The notes below the pieces were generated by a model. It saw nothing but the letters and a program-made list of their open reading frames with translations, made no database searches and had not been told where the DNA came from. This document shows, in pieces, positions 49,966 to 63,259 of a stretch of DNA of 64,000 nt; positions within the stretch are counted from its first letter, which is position 1, and each line of letters begins with the position of its first letter. A program made the translations under genes and the position numbers. This stretch comes from Octopus bimaculoides (Eukaryota), in NCBI RefSeq assembly GCF_001194135.2, contig NC_068984.1, positions 114,709,488 to 114,773,487 on the forward strand, in the 5' to 3' direction.

Positions 49966-50328
49966 GTTATTTTTGACCAAAGGGGTCTATTTTAAGGAAC
50001 TGAGGATGATAAGCATTGTCAAAGTAAGGAAGGAAGTTGGCTGCACTGGTTGTGGATGGTACTCTGAGAAGAGGTAGACTGAAGAAGACTTGAAATAAAA
50101 TAGTTAAATCAGACATGAGCAGAAATGCTGTATTCCTGCAGATTTTTAGCAAGCCTGGGTTAGCTAAGAAAAAGAATGAAACCTTCAAATCCTATTAAGC
50201 ATTTATATAACAATTCTGTTGACCACCAGTGTAATCAATGGATTAGTTTTTGTCTTTATATTTCAACATTTTATTTCAATTCTAAAGGAATAAAATGGTG
50301 AAGGATCTTTAGATATTTGAGCAAGAAA

Positions 50329-50548
50329 TTAACCCTTTTCATATCAACCTGCAAGACCACCCCTGATTTTATGACATAAACTCCGTAAATGATCTAAATT
50401 AGAACCGCCCATCAAAATTTTATAATAATTTGTTCCAAACAACAGATTAGTAAAGACAAAGTTATTATACTAAATTCTCCATTAGTTTCAAAATTGATTA
50501 AAACAAAAGCACTGAATTTCTACAGAAATATGGTAACAAAAGGATTAA
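50329..50548 (+). mobile_element. Complete TTAA-flanked MITE (family H) in the PHF14 3' UTR-like region
   Basis: ttaacccttttc...ggtaacaaaaggattaa terminal inverted repeats; partial copies at about 17146-17283 (-) and 63890-64000. Confidence 0.78.
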
Positions 50549-51014
50549 AGAGAAAAAAAAAAACGTTTCTCTGGAACACTGACTTTACCATGAGAAATTT
50601 ACTTCAATGATTATTATGATCACCTTGTTGAAATTTTAATTGTTTGACTAATCTTTAATCAATCATATTGTACATTTTAAAATTGCTTTGAAGGACACTG
50701 GTGATCAACTAAATTTAACATTTCTGAGCTAAAACAGTTGATTGACTCGTTTAATTTTAGCCCAGAATTTAACAAAAATTCACAAAACACATCATAGAAC
50801 AATAAATACACATTTCATTTTCAGGAAATTAATCTTCATTTAAATATTTTAAATGTAAATTAAAAACTAATTCATAGCAAATTCTTTTTTTTTTTTTCTT
50901 TTTTTTTTTAATTGAAGAAAAATTATCCAGTCACTAGTGTTTGTAAGCTGCATGGTGATATGATAATTACAATGTAACCATTGTAATTAGTTACAACAAA
51001 TTGAGAGAAATGAA

Positions 51015-51140
51015 TCAGAGTTCCATGACTTCTTCAGAATCTTCATTCTCTTCTCGTTTGCCAACCTTTTCTAGTTTCATAGACTTCCGTTTCTTTCCCT
51101 TTTTCTGTTTAGAATTTGATCGATTCCGTAGACGCTTTTC
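51015..51140 (-). CDS. PHF14: PHF14 probable terminal coding exon
   Basis: taatag|GAA, phase 0 as required; EKRLRNRSNSKQKKGKKRKSMKLEKVGKREENEDSEEVMEL*; basic NLS-like tract; followed by a U-rich UTR-like region. Confidence 0.78.
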   Translation of the reverse strand, partial: EKRLRNRSNSKQKKGKKRKSMKLEKVGKREENEDSEEVMEL

Positions 51141-51649
51141 CTATTAAAGTGAAGTAAAACACAACAAACAAAAATATTACAAGACACTATCCACAGGAGA
51201 TTTGTCTGAGAGAAATTAAATGGTTTTTGTTGGTCATTCAATATGAAGGTATCAATAATTCCATGATTTTAATATAAGTTTTTACCTTGTGTATCAGCTG
51301 CTATTGTAGTTTTTTTTTTTAGATTTTTTTCTGTGAACTTACAAAGAAAAAAATATGTGAATAAAAAAGATAGGGAATTATTTACAATCAAGTGATATAC
51401 ATATACATTTAGAAGAAGCTGGAAATGTTTCTATAAATGATACTGTCATGAAAGCAAGTATCTTCTAACTTTTGAATAATAATAGTAATAATAATAATAA
51501 TGATGATGATTAGTTGTTATATAATAATACAAATGTAGTACAGTAGGGAGGAGAACAAAGGAAAACAGGAAAAAGCGCACTCAAGTTATAGTAAGCAAGA
51601 AAACAAACAGAACTCTACTCCCTTCAGGTAAATTGCCTTGCTTGATATG

Positions 51650-52410
51650 TAGGAATGGTGTGGGTAGGAACTCTATACAGTGTACCCAGTGCAAGCTATG
51701 GACACATAAGAAGAATCACAGGAAGGTTAATAGAGAAAGTAGTGTTTGTATGTGGAAAGATGCAGAGGAACCATAAACACTAGGGATACATGGGAAATTG
51801 ATTTTATTCAAAAGCTCTGAAGGATCCCTAAAGGAAGTCAATAGTTTCTGTTACTTAGCTGACCTAATTAGCAGTGGAGGAGGGCATTCCAAAAGTATAG
51901 CTGCTAGAATAAGAACAAGCTGGAGCAAGTTCAGTGAGCTGTTACCTCTCTCTGTTGGTAACAAAAAGTCTCTCCTGATGAGTGAAAAGCAGATCGTATG
52001 ATGCTTGTGTATGAACAACAATGCTACACAGTAGTGAGATGCGGATCCTGAATGCAGAGGACTTAAGACTAGAGAGGAATGAAGCTAATATGCTATGGTG
52101 GATGTGCAATAACAGTATGCAATTACCACTAAATGCTAATGTATTGAGAGAAAAATTAGGTGCAAGAGGAATCTGATATAGTATGCAAGAGAGAAGACAA
52201 TGCTGGTTTGGCCATGCGATGTGTATGGATGAGAACAGCTACATAAAGTGGTTGGAATTTCAGGAAAAGGGGGACCCAGGAAGACATGGAAGGAACTAGT
52301 GAAGACTGATCTCAAGATACTGAACCTTAAAGAGGAGACTCAGATGATTGACAGCTTGCTGTACTTGAGGAGACCCATTCATTACAGCAAAAATGATGTT
52401 CTAAAACAAC
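51650..52410 (+). mobile_element. Degenerate copy of the same RTE-like LINE (Zn-finger to C-terminal region)
   Basis: Nucleotide similarity to 59140-59650 (ggtgtgggtaggaactc...cagtgtacccagtgcaagctatggac; gctagaataagaa); many indels. Confidence 0.85.
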
Positions 52411-53488
52411 CTTTCAGGACCATGTACCTCCTTTCTCTATGTTCCATCAAGCATTTCCCACATCTCATCCTCTAACAACCATCACTCCTCTATCTATGGT
52501 ACTACTTGGCTGCTGCAATCACTTGAGAGCAGAATTAGCACATATTACAATCCCCTCCCCACTTTCTTTTTGGTTTCAGTAACCTTCCCTCATTCCTGGA
52601 ATCACTTCCATTTTTCATTATCATCCTTGCCCACCACCTTTCTGTGCCTTCAGCTAGTTCTCTCTCTCTTTTCTATCATACTCCTTCTTAACATCTGCTT
52701 TCATACTCAATACCCTCTAATATCTGCTAACTCACCCCATTTACTAAAGCACCCACCCTATGTACCTCTACATCTCCCTTCCTACTGCTTCTAAACCTTG
52801 CACATCATGTCACTACTTTCTGATCTATTCTCCTTCCCAAGCCACTTCTGTATATCTCACCTGACCCCTCTCTATACTAATATCTCCCATCAACCACACC
52901 TCCACCCTTGTTCATCACTCACTACATTCACCTCTACCCCCCCCCCCAATCTCTTATTCTCCTCTCACACCAGCAACTCCCACTAACCCTTATATAATAT
53001 GTGTGGTAGACTTGTATTTCCTGCATAGAAAGACATCTGAGCTTGTCTCCAAACAGATTTTAGCCTTTCGACACATGGCATAGAACCACTGTCTCTCTTC
53101 CCCCTCTCACAGACACCCCTCCCCATTTAGTCAAAGAGGCTTCTTCATTTTTCCTTCATCCTGTTCTTTTCTTTCTTGCAAGTTACTTGGCAACCTCACT
53201 AGGGCTGGTGGCATGAAAAAAGCACCCACTACACACTGTGAAGTTGTTGCCTTTAAAAAGGGCATCCAACCATGAAAACCATGCCCAAGCTGACACTGGA
53301 GCTTGATGTGGCCCTGTGGATTACTAGATCCTGTCAAACTGGCCAACTCATGCCAGCTTTTTATCGAAGTCAAGAGAATGAAAGGTTAAATTGACCAAGG
53401 CAGAATTTGAACTCACAATGTAAAGCTGCTAAGCATTTTGCCCGGCGTGCTAATGATTCTGCCAGTTCCTCACAACAACAACAACAAC

Positions 53489-53520
<32 letters not shown>

Positions 53521-53758
53521 TAATAATAATTACAACAGTAACAACAATTTGAAATTTTGATACAAGACCAGTAAGTTCGGGGGATGGGGTAAGCCAATTA
53601 CATCAATCCCAATGTTCAACTGGTGCTTATTTTTTTTACCCCAAAAGGATGAAAGACAAAGCCATTCTCGACAGAATTTGAATTCAGAATGTAGAGATGT
53701 ATGAAATGTCACTAAGCATTTTGCCCAGTGTGCTAACACTTCTGCCAACTTGCTGCCT

Positions 53759-53787
<29 letters not shown>

Positions 53788-53791
<4 letters not shown>

Positions 53792-54340
53792 GCCCTGATG
53801 CAGTACCAGGCAGTGGCTTTCATGGCTTCTCATCTTAACTGATTGGAAGTGTTATGTACATTGTTCAGTATTGGTATAAAAGATGGGCTACAGCAAATAT
53901 TCTGTTCAATACCACAGATATGCTTGTCAGTTATTTAACCTTAACCAGTTGAGCATATCTCTTGGTGGCTGACGATATGTGTATCTCTGATCACGAGCAG
54001 AAGTAGTGGGAGAGCATCATAGCCATGTGTTGAGAGGAATTCTTTTGGGGTTTGGATAATTCAACTCTGGAAACATGGGTGTTTTGTTCAACATCCTTAA
54101 ACAACCTTTATTCAGGGACTTTTTCAGCGGGATGGGCTACTTGATCCGAAGAAAATTCTAACTGGGCCCCACCTGCAAGGTCATGTGCTGTTTATCTTGA
54201 TATGAGATCATGTCACGCACATATGGTTGTAATGCATGTGCCTGGTGTACCCTTATCAGATGGGTAGTCATGATGAGTATATTGGGCTTTGTATATTTTA
54301 CCCCAGTGTCACTTTGATGGCATGCATTGCTCTCTCATTC
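53788..54340. mobile_element. About 550-nt element embedded in (AAT)n
   Basis: Unique-composition block flanked on both sides by (AAT)n; no ORF; family unassigned. Confidence 0.55.
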
Positions 54341-54524
54341 AATAATAATAATAATGATGATGATGATAACGGTTTCAAATTTTGGCGCAAAGCCAGCAAG
54401 TTCAAGGAAGGGGTAAATTGATTACATCAACAGCAGTGTTCAACTACTACTACTACTACTACTACTACTGATGATGATGAGGAGGATGATGACAGAGAAA
54501 AAGAAAACTAATAATAATACTTAC

Positions 54525-54660
54525 TGATTTTATATCTAATTGTAACTGCTCAAACTTTATTGGTTCCTTGATCTTTTCACGTAGTTTACGAGGAGCGTCA
54601 ACGTCAACTCCAGTTTCTTCTGAAACATCACTACTTGAGCTGGCACATTCTGAACATTGC
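54525..54660 (-). CDS. PHF14: PHF14 exon
   Basis: cag|G CAA TGT TCA GAA TGT completes WQCSEC; ...RKLREKIKEPIKF (human RSRRQIKEPVKF); donor TCA|gtaagt. Confidence 0.92.
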
Positions 54661-54979
54661 CTGATTAGGGAGAGAGAGACACACATACAAAAAAGTAAAA
54701 TGAAATGAAATGAAAGACCATGGGAAGAAAAACTAACAAAATAAATAACTCTGCAAAAAATAATAATTCTTTCTACTGTAAGCAAAAGGCATGATACTTT
54801 GGAGGAGGGGGGATAGTGGATTACATTGACCCCAGTGTTCAACTGGTACTGATTTAATTGACCCTGAGAGGATGAAATGCAAAGTCAACCTGGATGGAAT
54901 TTGAACTTAGAATGTAAAAACAGATAAAATACCACTAAGCATTTTGTCTGGCGTGCTAATGATTCTGCCAGCTTACTGC

Positions 54980-55007
54980 TTTAATTAATTAATTAATTAA
55001 TTAATTA

Positions 55008-55062
<55 letters not shown>
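54980..55062. repeat. (TTAA)n-(AAT)n microsatellite
   Basis: Directly visible. Confidence 0.95.
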
Positions 55063-55065
<3 letters not shown>

Positions 55066-56929
55066 TCATAATATTTCTTTTGGCACAAGGCCAGTAATTT
55101 TGATGGGGTGGGGATAATTTGATTACGTAGACACCAGTACTTAAATGATACTTTATTTTATTGACCCCTAAAGGATGAAAGGTAAAGTTGACTGTGGTGA
55201 CATTTGAACTCAGAATGTAACAGAAGGTAAAAACAACAACAATAGTTTTAACAATCTGTTGTGATATGGAAAACATTTAGAAGCTGAAAGACAATGCTAT
55301 AATTAAACACACATGAATTTAATATTAATGCTGAAAAATAAAAAAATGAAATAATTTAAAATTATACGTTAATAAGAGATAAAGCTGAAATATAAAATAC
55401 TTGAGGTTTCATTAAAAATTCAGCCCCTTTGTAAATTTCTTTGAGATATAACAAGACATATTCAATTATAAATTACCAAGTCTAAACTTTGATGAGCTCT
55501 AATAAAACTCAAAATCATGTCCAGAATTAATAAGTCCCATATTAATACTACCTCCATTGCGAATATTTATTTTTCAATAAGCCTACTGGCCACATGTGAC
55601 ATCAGTGACTGAAAATTCAGAGTTATTCTATATATCATTAACAGTAAGGTTTGGCTAGTATAAAGTGAGTGGACACCTGTCACTGAGGAAATGCAGTATG
55701 TTGAAATCATGTGATCTAGCTTTTTCAGTGTCCATGCCAGATGGTTCTCATCTGTTAACATTATATGTCTGTGTCCTTAGCATTGTGTCTGTATGCACAG
55801 TATTTGGTATTCTAATAATAGATCTACATTAAATAAGATACATAGATTGCCAATCAGTATTAATACTGCTTCCCTCACCAATATTCATTTTATGTCCAGA
55901 ATTGTCTCCCTTATTAAAATACTACTATCAATATTTAATAAATTAATTATATATATTATGTTACATTATTAGATAAGGGACTAGTAATTAGGAACAGATT
56001 GAAGCTCTGCAACTAGCAACTTCTGCAACAAAGGAACTTCACATCACCTACACCACACCACACCACACCACTCAAATCCTAAACAAAAGATGTGAACTTA
56101 TTTCAACTTGCCGACATCAAATGCTTAAATTATTTCACGTTTCAAAGATGACACACTTGATGCACAATAAATGAGAGCTGACTTCAATAAGTATGTGATC
56201 ACTTGCAAACACAGTAACCCCAATTTATAAATTAACTGTCATTGTATTGTATATCAATCCATTGATTCAGTACAGTCAATTGAGAGGCAGAGTGAAAGTA
56301 CGGTACGGAAATGGAATTCCTGTTTACTTTACACATACATAAATATATACATTATATCATGTAGAAGCAAAATGACTAAGCGGACATAATTTTAAAACTC
56401 CTTGCACTTGCTTATAAATTGGGAGCTAGATGATTATGTTGAGGCATTGGCTTACAGTTGGATGTTCTTCCTGTGACTAACCTGTAACTATTTTTCAAAT
56501 AATGGATTGTTTTTTTTTTAATTCCATTCATTTTTGAAAGTACAAGGCTATGATTTATAAGCAGAAAATGAGATGATTTGTAAGTGCCACTGTTTTTGGC
56601 TCAATGCTTTTAATGCAAAGATGCAGAAAGTAAACAATTACACTCATATATTATATGAAGAATTTTTCTAGTTTCCATCAACCACTATCACTCATAAGGT
56701 ATATGTATGTGTGTGTATATGGTGCTCCAGCATGACCACAGCCATAAATAAATAAATAAATATATATATATATCTTCATTATAAGATCATAAATTAGAAG
56801 AAGAACATACCCTATAAAATATAGCGCAGTTATTTATTTCTGTATGTGTAAAGTAACAGTTTTAGAGAAAAAAACCATTGGCTTCATATCTAGCATGAAC
56901 TAAGCAAATCCTTAGTTTCTCTAAATGAT

Positions 56930-57420
56930 AACTGTTCTCAGCAAAGAATGTTTTTTAAAAACACAAGACATAAAGAAGGTATCTAATTTCTTTTTATGGC
57001 ATAACACAATCGAGGTGTTACATTGCTTTGAGACCAAACGAAGCACTTTTAGAGCAAAGTTCATACGATTCGATATAGTAGACATTTATCCATCGATATC
57101 AAAAATGTTACTTGATAGGGCATTAGTATATACGAGACGAATTACCGACATAAGTGATAGAGAAATAGATATAATTATGCACGCTAGGAAAATGCTACTG
57201 TTCAACCAGGATTCAACCTGAGTCAAATGAACTGACTCTGAAGGCTCCTTCGACATCGCGATGGGGGCATATGACAGCACTGATATTTGCGACCTTATAG
57301 GGTTTTACATTCTGGACACCCTAGGTAATAAATTCTCCTCTGTCCACTTCGGCTTATATTGAGATGATGCCTTAGCCATCTCCAGCTACCTGAACTCCAG
57401 GATGGAAGCCGTGGGGAGTT
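56930..57420 (+). mobile_element. Penelope-like element reverse-transcriptase fossil
   Basis: WHNTIEV..., FIRFDIVDIYPSIS, HARKMLLF, FDIAMGAYDSTDICDLIG, GLY*DDAL; three in-frame TGA. Confidence 0.75.
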
Positions 57421-57614
57421 GTTAACATTTTCGGAAATTTTTACTTCAAAATTGGAAAACCTAGCTATCTAGTGAAAGAAGACAACTCGCCCGGCTAAAA
57501 TTTTTTCAGACGAATATATCTTCAACTATCACCATGCGTTCTTGTGTTTTAACAAAACATTCTTTGCTGAGAACAGTTATCATTTAGAGAAACTGAAGAT
57601 ATATCTAGTTCACA

Positions 57615-59655
57615 CTAGATATGAAACCGATGGGCTAAATGGATGCCCAGAAGATGACCAGCATGGAGGAGAAGGGTCTGGAAGCTTAAAGATCCCGCGA
57701 ATGGACAGAGATTTAGAGACGTATTACTCAAAGCCTTTGATGAAATAGAAGGAGATATAGCATCACATGATGTGGAAGACAACTGGAGGTTTCTATGAGA
57801 CAACCTGCTGAGGGCCACTAACCAGATCTGTGGATGGTGCAAAGTCCCCTCTTGACCCAAAGTAACGTCGTGGTGGAACAATGTTGTGACAGGGCTATTA
57901 GAGAAAAGAAACAGTCTTGGAAGTACGGTGGTAGCAGGGAATTGTATGAGACTGCCAGAAGGGAAGCTAGGAGACAGGTTTATTTAGCCAGAAGGGAAGC
58001 AGATAAGAAAAAATTTGCCAATGTTCTGCACTGTGAGGACCAAAGGCTTGAGGTATTTCGTGTTGCAAGACAGTGTGTGAGAGAGAATCATGATGTCGTA
58101 GGAGAAAAATGTGTCCACATGGATGATGGTTCACTTGCATTAAAGGAGGCTGCAAAGAGAGAGGTTTGGAGATGCCACTATGAAAGGTTGCTCAATAAAG
58201 AGAATGAATGGGAGAAAGAAAGTCTGCCGAATGTCAACCCAACAGCTATCCAGATTGACAGTACCTTGGTAGATAAAGCAATTAAGGGTATGAAGACAGG
58301 GAAAGTCCCCGGCCCATCAGGAATCCCTGCAGAGATGCTCAAAATATCTGGCAGTGTCGGTTATAGCCTAGTCACCCGTATAGTTAACCAGGTGATACAT
58401 GAAGGAGTCATACCCAGTGACTGGTGTAGCAGCACCATAGTCAACTGCTACAAAGGTAAAGGTGACACTTTAGATACAAATAATTACAGAGGTATCAAGT
58501 TGTTGGATCAGGTAATGAAGGTGACGGAGAGGGTCATAGCCCAACTAATTAGGGAGAGAGTCAGTTTAGATGAGATGCAGTTTGGGTTTGTGTTGGGGAA
58601 AAGCACCACTGATGCTATATTTCTGGTAAGACAGCTACAAGAGAAATACCNNNNNNNNNNAACCTCTGTACCTGGCTTTCGTTGACATGGAGAAAGCCTT
58701 TGACAGGGTCCCCTGATCTCTTATCTGGTGGTCAATGAGGAAACTAAGGATAGATGAATGGTTAGTGAGAGCTGTGCAAGCCATGTACAGGGATGCTGTC
58801 AGTAAGGTGAGGGTTGGCAATGAGTACAGTGAAGAATTCCGAGTAGGGGTAGGGGCCAACAAGGATCAGTCCTCAGCCCCCTCCTATTCATCATAGTCCT
58901 CCAGGCAATAACAGAGGAATTCAAGACAGGATGCCCCTGGGAGCTCCTCTATGCTGACGACCTTGCTCTAATTGCTGAGTCACTATCAGAACTAGAGGAA
59001 AAGTTTCAGGTGTGGAAGCAAGGATTAGAATCGAAGGGTCTTAGAGTCAATCTAGCTAAAACCAAAGTCTTAACAAGTAGGAAGGCAGACAAACCACAAA
59101 TCCCTTCAAGTAGATGGCCCTGCTTGATCTGTAGAAAAGGTGTAGGTAGAAACTCCATTAGATGTACCCAGTGTAAGCTATGGACGCATAGGAGGTGCAG
59201 CAATAGCAAAGGGAGGCTAACTGGGAAGATAGTTTTTGTATGTGGCAAATACTCAGGTGCTATAAACACAGAAAATGTGCAGAGAACAGCTTCTGTCACA
59301 TTCCAGGGAGAAAAACTAGAAGTAGTTGATAGCTTCCGTTACCTAGGGGGCCAAGTCAGTAGCAGGGGTGGATGCTCTGAAAGTGTAGCTGCTAGAATAA
59401 GAATAGCCTGGGCAAAGTTCTGCTGAGGACATATGTAAGCTTGCAAGGAATGAAGCCAGTATGCTCAGCTGGATGTGTAATGTCAGTGTGCATACGCGAC
59501 AGAGTGTAAGTGCCCTGAGAGAAAAGTTGGATTTAAGAAGCATCAGATGTGGTGTGCAAGAGAGACGACTGCACTAGTGTGGTCATGTGTTGCGAATGAA
59601 TGAGGACAACTGTGTGAAAAAGTGTCACACCCTAGCAGTTGAGGGAACCTGTGGA
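57615..59655 (+). mobile_element. RTE-clade-like LINE ORF2 fragment, truncated at both ends, in a PHF14 intron
   Basis: YRGIKLL, MQFGFVLGKSTTDAIF, FVDMEKAFDRVP, QGSVLSPLLF and catalytic YADD (58950-58961); frameshifts and stops; about 100-nt internal deletion near 59420. Confidence 0.93.
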
Positions 59656-59680
59656 TTGAATGCCACGCATCCATTTCCAA

Positions 59681-59716
<36 letters not shown>

Positions 59717-62700
59717 GCAAAGATAGGTGGGAGAAATAAATGAGGGTGATGACTGACATGTATACGAACAACATAGATAATTAAAGGTATATCAAATACC
59801 GTACAACATAAATTCTTGATGTATTACAATTATCTTTGTATCTACCATATGGCAATTGAGACCAAGGCAATGATCTCAAGAATCAAGATTTCTCCCTAAC
59901 TGACATGTCATTAAAAGGACACACAGACAGGAATGCACGCACGCACGCACTCGTGTGAGTAGGCCAACACAACATTACCCCTAATTGAAAGGGGAACAGA
60001 ACAATGTGAAATGAAGAATACAATGCATTGTCCAGCCTGGAAAGGAAACTGAACCCACAGTCTAATGATCACGAATGCAACAGCCTAACTATTTGGCCAT
60101 GCGCCTTCATACATACACACATGTATATATGTGTATATAAGTATGTGTGCGTGTACATATATACACTTCTAGTCTTTGAGGATATCACATCATCAATAAG
60201 GGTAAACCATCTACTAACGAATCTACAGTTCAAATTTTCAAATGTTATTTCTTTTCCCCACTTTAATTCTAGTTTCCAGTGTACTTCTGTATAATGACAA
60301 TGAAAAGAATAGAGACAGATTAAGACTTAATCTTCATGTCATCCAAACCTCCTAGAAAAAGAAACAACAAACAAAAAAAAAAGAACTATACTGTTGTAGT
60401 TGTAGTGGTGGTAATGGTGGTGATAATCTAATTAATGACTGTTACTGAAAAATGAGTAAAATGTGTTCGGCACATTCTTGTACAAGAAAGTGAACTAATT
60501 CTGTATGGAAACCTCTCCAGAGTAGTTGCAGGGTAGCTAGCTGCCTTATGGATGGATTGAACTGTGTAACTTTATAGTGTTCTTTCTCTTTTTGATTTTT
60601 TTTCCCAACATGTTTGTCAATTTTTGTGGAAATCCTTGCATGACAACATCTTAAATTGTTAGTTCATTAACAATTTGTGAAAATAAATAAAGTAGTAGTA
60701 GTTAGTAGAAATATCTCTGAAACTAAGCAAAAGTATCGACTGGTTTCACAAATGGAACTTATTAATTAAATAACTTTTAAAATATGAAAAGTAAAAAAAC
60801 AAAAAAAAAAAAAACACATACTCAAACACTCAGTACATGCAAAGTAAATAAATGTATTAAAAAGAAAACCAAAAAACAAACAANNNNNNNNNNNNNNNNN
60901 NNNNNNNNNNNNNNNNNNNNNNNNNNNNNNNNNNNNNNNNNNNNNNNNNNNNNNNNNNNNNNNNNNNNNNNNNNNNNNNNNNNNNNNNNNNNNNNNNNNN
61001 NNNNNNNNNNNNNNNNNNNNNNNNNNNNNNNNNNNNNNNNNNNNNNNNNNNNNNNNNNNNNNNNNNNNNNNNNNNNNNNNNNNNNNNNNNNNNNNNNNNN
61101 NNNNNNNNNNNNNNNNNNNNNNNNNNNNNNNNNNNNNNNNNNNNNNNNNNNNNNNNNNNNNNNNNNNNNNNNNNNNNNNNNNNNNNNNNNNNNNNNNNNN
61201 NNNNNNNNNNNNNNNNNNNNNNNNNNNNNNNNNNNNNNNNNNNNNNNNNNNNNNNNNNNNNNNNNNNNNNNNNNNNNNNNNNNNNNNNNNNNNNNNNNNN
61301 NNNNNNNNNNNNNNNNNNNNNNNNNNNNNNNNNNNNNNNNNNNNNNNNNNNNNNNNNNNNNNNNNNNNNNNNNNNNNNNNNNNNNNNNNNNNNNNNNNNN
61401 NNNNNNNNNNNNNATATATATATATATATATATATGTGTGTGTATGTATACATACACACACACACACACACACACAATGGGCTTCTTTCAGTTTCTGTCT
61501 ATCAAATCTACTCACAAGGCTTTGGTTGGCCTGAGGCTAGTCTATAGTAGAAGACCCTTGTCCAAGGTGCCATGCAGAGGGACTGAACCCAAGACCATAT
61601 GGTTGGGAAGCAAACTTCTTACCACATAGCCATGCCTGCACCTATATTTATATGTATAATATTTTATCCAATATGTATAATATCTAATCCAATAGAATTC
61701 TAAACAAAATTCAGAAACAGTTACAAACAATCTGTTTATTTCAGTAAGTTTTCAGTCTTTTATAATGAAACTTTCTTTCTGTGTTTTCTGCTTTTAATAA
61801 AATAACTACCTTGAACTTGTAATGGAATCTCTTATTACACATTGCTCCAGTTAAACATTTTATTATCACTATCTGTAGCCATTATATTTATATATCTAGA
61901 TCATATATGTAGTCCTTCACCAGCTAAGTGCTTTCCCTTCAGAACACCTGGCTCACATATTTTCAATCAACAGCTTAAATCTTGCCTAGAGTATATCAAT
62001 TTATGTCCCTTTTCCTTTCAGCCAATACATAAAAAAAAGAAACTGACCAAATGATAAAAGAAAGTAAATAAGTATTAACTAAACCTAGTATAAGAAAATG
62101 TATAGTTTTCACCAAAACTTTTATGACCAGAAGTATTTAAACTTTTTAAACCAGAAAATGACTCCTGAGAAATGCACACAAAATCCATTTTATTATGAAT
62201 TGCTCTGGGATAAGGATGAAGTTTGATTAAATTTTTTTTTTTTAATGTTTGTTTTTTATTCTTCTGAAGTTACCTTTAACAACCATTTTGTTGTTGTTAC
62301 TGAACTTAAAACCTGAGAAATTCTACAAGAGCCCAAATTTTTAACTTATTTTCCCCTTGCATCTTTAGCATTTAAACCGGTCATATGTTTTGTGTTCAAA
62401 GTGGCCAGATCTGGCCTCTCACACCTACCTTACAATGTCATTCTAAAAACATCATCGAAATCTTGAAGCTATGAGATAATGCATAATTAAATCAAAACAA
62501 TATGAATAAATAAGCATTACATTCAACAGAGTAATCTGAATGCTAGAGGGTTAATAGAGCATGTAAGATGAAATCTACCCCAAAGATCTATTCACTGTAA
62601 AAGAAAAATTTAATGTCCATAATAACTTCATTCCATTTCAGTGCTTATACCATACAAAAACATAAATTTATTCATTTAGCAGCCTTGAAGTAAGTGAATA

Positions 62701-62786
62701 GTAGAAATGGTGAAATCTTGACATTTCTAGTTTGGTTGCTTTCTAGATAAAAATCAGTTTTAGTAAGGGAGTTGCCGGTTACTTAC

Positions 62787-62939
62787 CAGCCTTGTAGCTT
62801 GGTTTTCTTGGGCATACGTGAGAGCGGTGGATCAAGACAGCCAAGATGGTAGTGTTTGCTACATGAATCACATTTGGCCAACAGATGTTGGTTTGTTGAT
62901 TTCTTACAGATTCCACAACTGCCAATTAACAAGTTATAT
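62787..62939 (-). CDS. PHF14: PHF14 exon encoding a PHD finger (PHD3)
   Basis: CGICKKSTNQHLLAKCDSCSKHYHLGCLDPPLSRMPKKTKLQGW resembles human CGICKKNHDQHLLLLCDTCKLHYHLGCLDPPLTRMPRKTKNSYW; donor TG|gtaagt; acceptor may instead start the exon at 62918. Confidence 0.93.
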
Positions 62940-63259
62940 CTAATAAATAAATAGTAAGAAAAATCCTAAAGTTAATTTTGATGCATTAGCGATGGCCGTT
63001 TTTACATTGATTCTTTAATATTCTTGAACGGAGAAAGAACAATGAATACCTAGAGGCAAAATTTAGAAATGCTTTTAAATAAAAAGTCTGTCTAAAAAAA
63101 AAAAACAGTCATTAGGAATGAAGATAATCAAGTCACGTAGTAACAGAACTAAACAGCCAGAACCCACTACCCCCATCAAAGAAGTTGAAGAATTAAAGGT
63201 GAAAGTGGGATGATGAATTTGTCATGGTCATTATCTAAAAACATACTCAGACATCAGCA

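Noticed and set aside
57215-57365. Three in-frame TGA codons in the PLE RT read as selenocysteine (as in some Naiad PLEs)
   Set aside because: They fall at Trp- and Arg-like positions (including the R of YRDD), not Cys positions, so ordinary nonsense mutations explain them
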